Source of the DNA: Vicingaceae bacterium
GTDB taxonomy: Bacteria; Bacteroidota; Bacteroidia; Flavobacteriales_E; Vicingaceae
Length of the DNA stretch: 24,000 nucleotides
Assembly: GCA_040220895.1 (NCBI GenBank)
Contig: JAVJVY010000009.1
Coordinates: 48,362 to 72,361 of the forward strand
Direction of reading: 5' to 3'
The notes below the pieces were generated by a model that saw nothing but the letters and a program-made list of their open reading frames with translations, was not told the DNA's origin and did no database searches. Positions 22,069 to 24,000 of the stretch are shown piece after piece. A program made the position numbers and the translations under genes. Position 1 is the stretch's first letter. Every line of letters starts with the position of its first letter.

Positions 22069-23679
22069 CTACTTTAATTTCCATTCGATCGCTTGGTCCC
22101 AGTTAGATCTGATCGTCAGGGTTCCCTGGTAGATGAATACCTCCTCGGCATGGATGCCTTTTAGGTAGTTCCCGCTGTCCCAAGAACCATTCGAATTTTG
22201 ATCTACAATGTACTTCAGACGGTACTTTCCTGGCCTCAAGTAGGCGAAGTAATAGCTATTGACCCCCTTTAGAACCACTTCCTTAACCACCTTTTTACCT
22301 TCATCCATTAAAAAAAGAATTCCATCTTGCGGTGCCATGTTCAGGTTTATTTCCAGGCTGCCGTATTCCTCACTTCGCAGTGTTTTAAGTGGCAAAGCCA
22401 ATGAGTCGTTCACCCTTCCACTGATGTCTTCCAAACAAGCGCTGTCAAGCACCAGCAAGTAGCTCTGATCCGCCTTCCACGCGGCGGCCAGCGTTAATTT
22501 TCTACCGCCTTTTGATGGGCGTAAAAGATAAGAAATTGGAATACTGTCGCGGAAAAGCAACAACTTAGATGAATCGATGACCCTGAAAGGGAAGGGAGAT
22601 TCAAATTCAAGGTCTTCGCCCAATTCAAGCACTTTTGATCGAAGGTTGTTTGATGGCCGGAATTCACTTAACACCGGTGCTTCTGCAAAAGATATTTTTA
22701 ACGTGTCCACAGCAGCTGTGTCAGCTTGTACCCTAAAATGGAGTTCTTCAGTGTGATAAGATGAATCAGGTGCCCAATAGACCACGCTATCACGACTTTC
22801 ATTGTACTCCGGGATGAAGTCATAAACGCTGCTATTGCCTTCATCGGCGAATATGGTCAATGAATCTACGCTGCGTTTAAAGGAAAGGTAAAAGCTCCAT
22901 GGGTTGGTCGATCCGTACGATTTTAGGAACTGGTAACCGCGCTCTTCCTTAAAAAGTGTGGCATAGATGGGGGGTATAGAATCTTCATTAACAAAAATCA
23001 TGCTATCCAGAAAATCAATTTTTTCACTTGGTCGGTCGAACAAGTAATTTCCATTTTCGTCTGAACAGAAAAATACCTTGTAGTTGCCTCGCTTCATGTT
23101 CTTCACTGAAAAAACTCCTTGCTTATTTGACCTTCCCATATAACGCGGTGGTTCTTTGTATGGAATGCTATCATCGTCCAATAGGTAAAGAAAAACGAAG
23201 GCATCCCTGACCGCTTCCAGAGTAAAGGCATCTTTTATTTGACCAATAATAGATAGTGAATCGACGTAATCGCCGGTGGAAAAAACATAGCGAAGTCCTT
23301 TGGCAGGATTGTTCTCGGTGATGTCAATAACGGCCTCGTTGAATTCAAAAACATAGGTCGTGTTCGGCCATAATGAATCATCCAAATTGCGAATGGTCAA
23401 CTTCTTGCCGTTTGCCAGAACACTAGGTGAATAGCGCAATACCGGTGTGATAAGTAAATTCTTATTGGCGTTTTTCAAATTCACGAATTCGTCAAATTCC
23501 ATCTTTATCCGGTCAGAATTGAAATGAGTAGAAAAGGTGTCAGGTGTGCTTCTGATTAATTTTGGAGGCGATTCATCCTTTTGGCCGCCTTGAAGGGCCA
23601 CCCTTTGTGCGCAGGCAAAAACAAGGCAAATTGCCCCCAGAGAAAAAAACAGTTGAATTAAATTGGCTCTATTTAACAA
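22069..23679 (-). CDS. Putative lipoprotein with an N-terminal bacterial Ig-like (SbsA/Big_5-like) domain
   Basis: 536 aa. The signal peptide and lipobox is LGAICLVFAC, followed by PPKLIRSTPDTFSTHFNSDRIKMEFDEFV, a typical Big_5-like start. The only available start codon is the TTG at 23679, because an in-frame stop lies at 23689-23691. It overlaps the upstream gene by 11 nt. Confidence 0.65.
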   Translation of the reverse strand: MLNRANLIQLFFSLGAICLVFACAQRVALQGGQKDESPPKLIRSTPDTFSTHFNSDRIKMEFDEFVNLKNANKNLLITPVLRYSPSVLANGKKLTIRNLDDSLWPNTTYVFEFNEAVIDITENNPAKGLRYVFSTGDYVDSLSIIGQIKDAFTLEAVRDAFVFLYLLDDDSIPYKEPPRYMGRSNKQGVFSVKNMKRGNYKVFFCSDENGNYLFDRPSEKIDFLDSMIFVNEDSIPPIYATLFKEERGYQFLKSYGSTNPWSFYLSFKRSVDSLTIFADEGNSSVYDFIPEYNESRDSVVYWAPDSSYHTEELHFRVQADTAAVDTLKISFAEAPVLSEFRPSNNLRSKVLELGEDLEFESPFPFRVIDSSKLLLFRDSIPISYLLRPSKGGRKLTLAAAWKADQSYLLVLDSACLEDISGRVNDSLALPLKTLRSEEYGSLEINLNMAPQDGILFLMDEGKKVVKEVVLKGVNSYYFAYLRPGKYRLKYIVDQNSNGSWDSGNYLKGIHAEEVFIYQGTLTIRSNWDQAIEWKLK

Positions 23680-24000
23680 GCTTTCGACTTAAAATTTCAC
23701 AAAATTTTTCCAGGTACTCTTGGTCACTATCACCAAAGTCATCCAACAAATGACTGTCGATGTCGAGCACTCCTAGCACCTCGCCCGAATTATTATAAAA
23801 TGGCACGACAATTTCAGACCTTGACAAGGGACTGCAGGCAATATGACCCGGAAAGTTGTGCACATCAGCAACAACTAGTGTTTTTTTTAACTCCCAGGCA
23901 CTTCCGCAAACGCCCTTGCCTTTGGCTATTTTAGTGCAGGCCACCGGACCCTGGAACGGTCCTAGGACCAATTCATTCCCAGAAACCAAATAAAACCCTG
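23669..24000 (-). CDS. msrC: GAF-domain free methionine-(R)-sulfoxide reductase (YebR/MsrC-like); N-terminus beyond the window end
   Basis: The frame is open to the window edge (..GFYLVSGNELVLGPFQGPVAC..). The three Cys residues are spaced C-x9-C-x23-C, matching E. coli fRMsr Cys84/94/118 as I remember it. The GAF-like segment SEIVVPFYNNSGEVLGVLDIDS is present. Confidence 0.75.
   Translation of the reverse strand, partial: GFYLVSGNELVLGPFQGPVACTKIAKGKGVCGSAWELKKTLVVADVHNFPGHIACSPLSRSEIVVPFYNNSGEVLGVLDIDSHLLDDFGDSDQEYLEKFCEILSRKLVK

Noticed and set aside
1-24000. Mobile elements, CRISPR arrays, tRNA/rRNA genes, DNA-level direct or inverted repeats, classic defence-system genes
   Set aside because: I recognised no transposase, integrase or recombinase-like ORFs, no short repeat-spacer periodicity, and no tRNA-like or rRNA-like segments. 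All repeats found are at the protein level, inside the adhesin and esterase genes. A computational repeat or tRNA scan would still be needed to exclude small elements.

Overview
The window looks like chromosomal DNA from a Bacteroidota organism. The evidence is T9SS type A and type B C-terminal sorting domains, a PorP/SprF gene, exact TAnnTTTG -7 promoter boxes, no obvious Shine-Dalgarno sites, and dense gene packing. I saw no rRNA, tRNA, CRISPR array, transposase or integrase.

Left part (1-6600): housekeeping and redox genes. These are aspS (3' end cut by the window edge), tadA, a CGC-motif bacilliredoxin, a small hypothetical protein, an FAD oxidoreductase, and a T9SS type A secreted esterase.

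Middle (6743-10800, minus strand): a six-gene, translationally coupled operon built around an ArsS-type radical-SAM enzyme (the 'rSAM/selenodomain' or arsenosugar-type cassette). Gene order is DUF547, AhpD-like CPYC protein, rSAM, rhodanese, DUF2064/TIGR04282-type transferase, then a PNP/MTAP-family phosphorylase. No arsM is visible in the window. By eye, the phosphorylase carries an adenine-type Asp in its base-specificity position. A ybdL-like aminotransferase and yafV-like omega-amidase pair is transcribed divergently from this operon.

Right part (12861-21956, minus strand): a T9SS type B module. It encodes an 850-aa repeat adhesin, a PorP/SprF protein, a Cys-motif lipoprotein and a 1576-aa giant adhesin. 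The giant contains three copies of an unrecognised, Cys-bracketed module of about 190 aa, each inserted inside an Ig-like repeat.

The window ends with an Ig-like lipoprotein and a partial GAF/fRMsr gene.

The two candidates most worth follow-up are the rSAM cassette with its coupled phosphorylase and the nested module in the giant adhesin. All family assignments come from motif recognition by eye and need HMM or structure searches to confirm.
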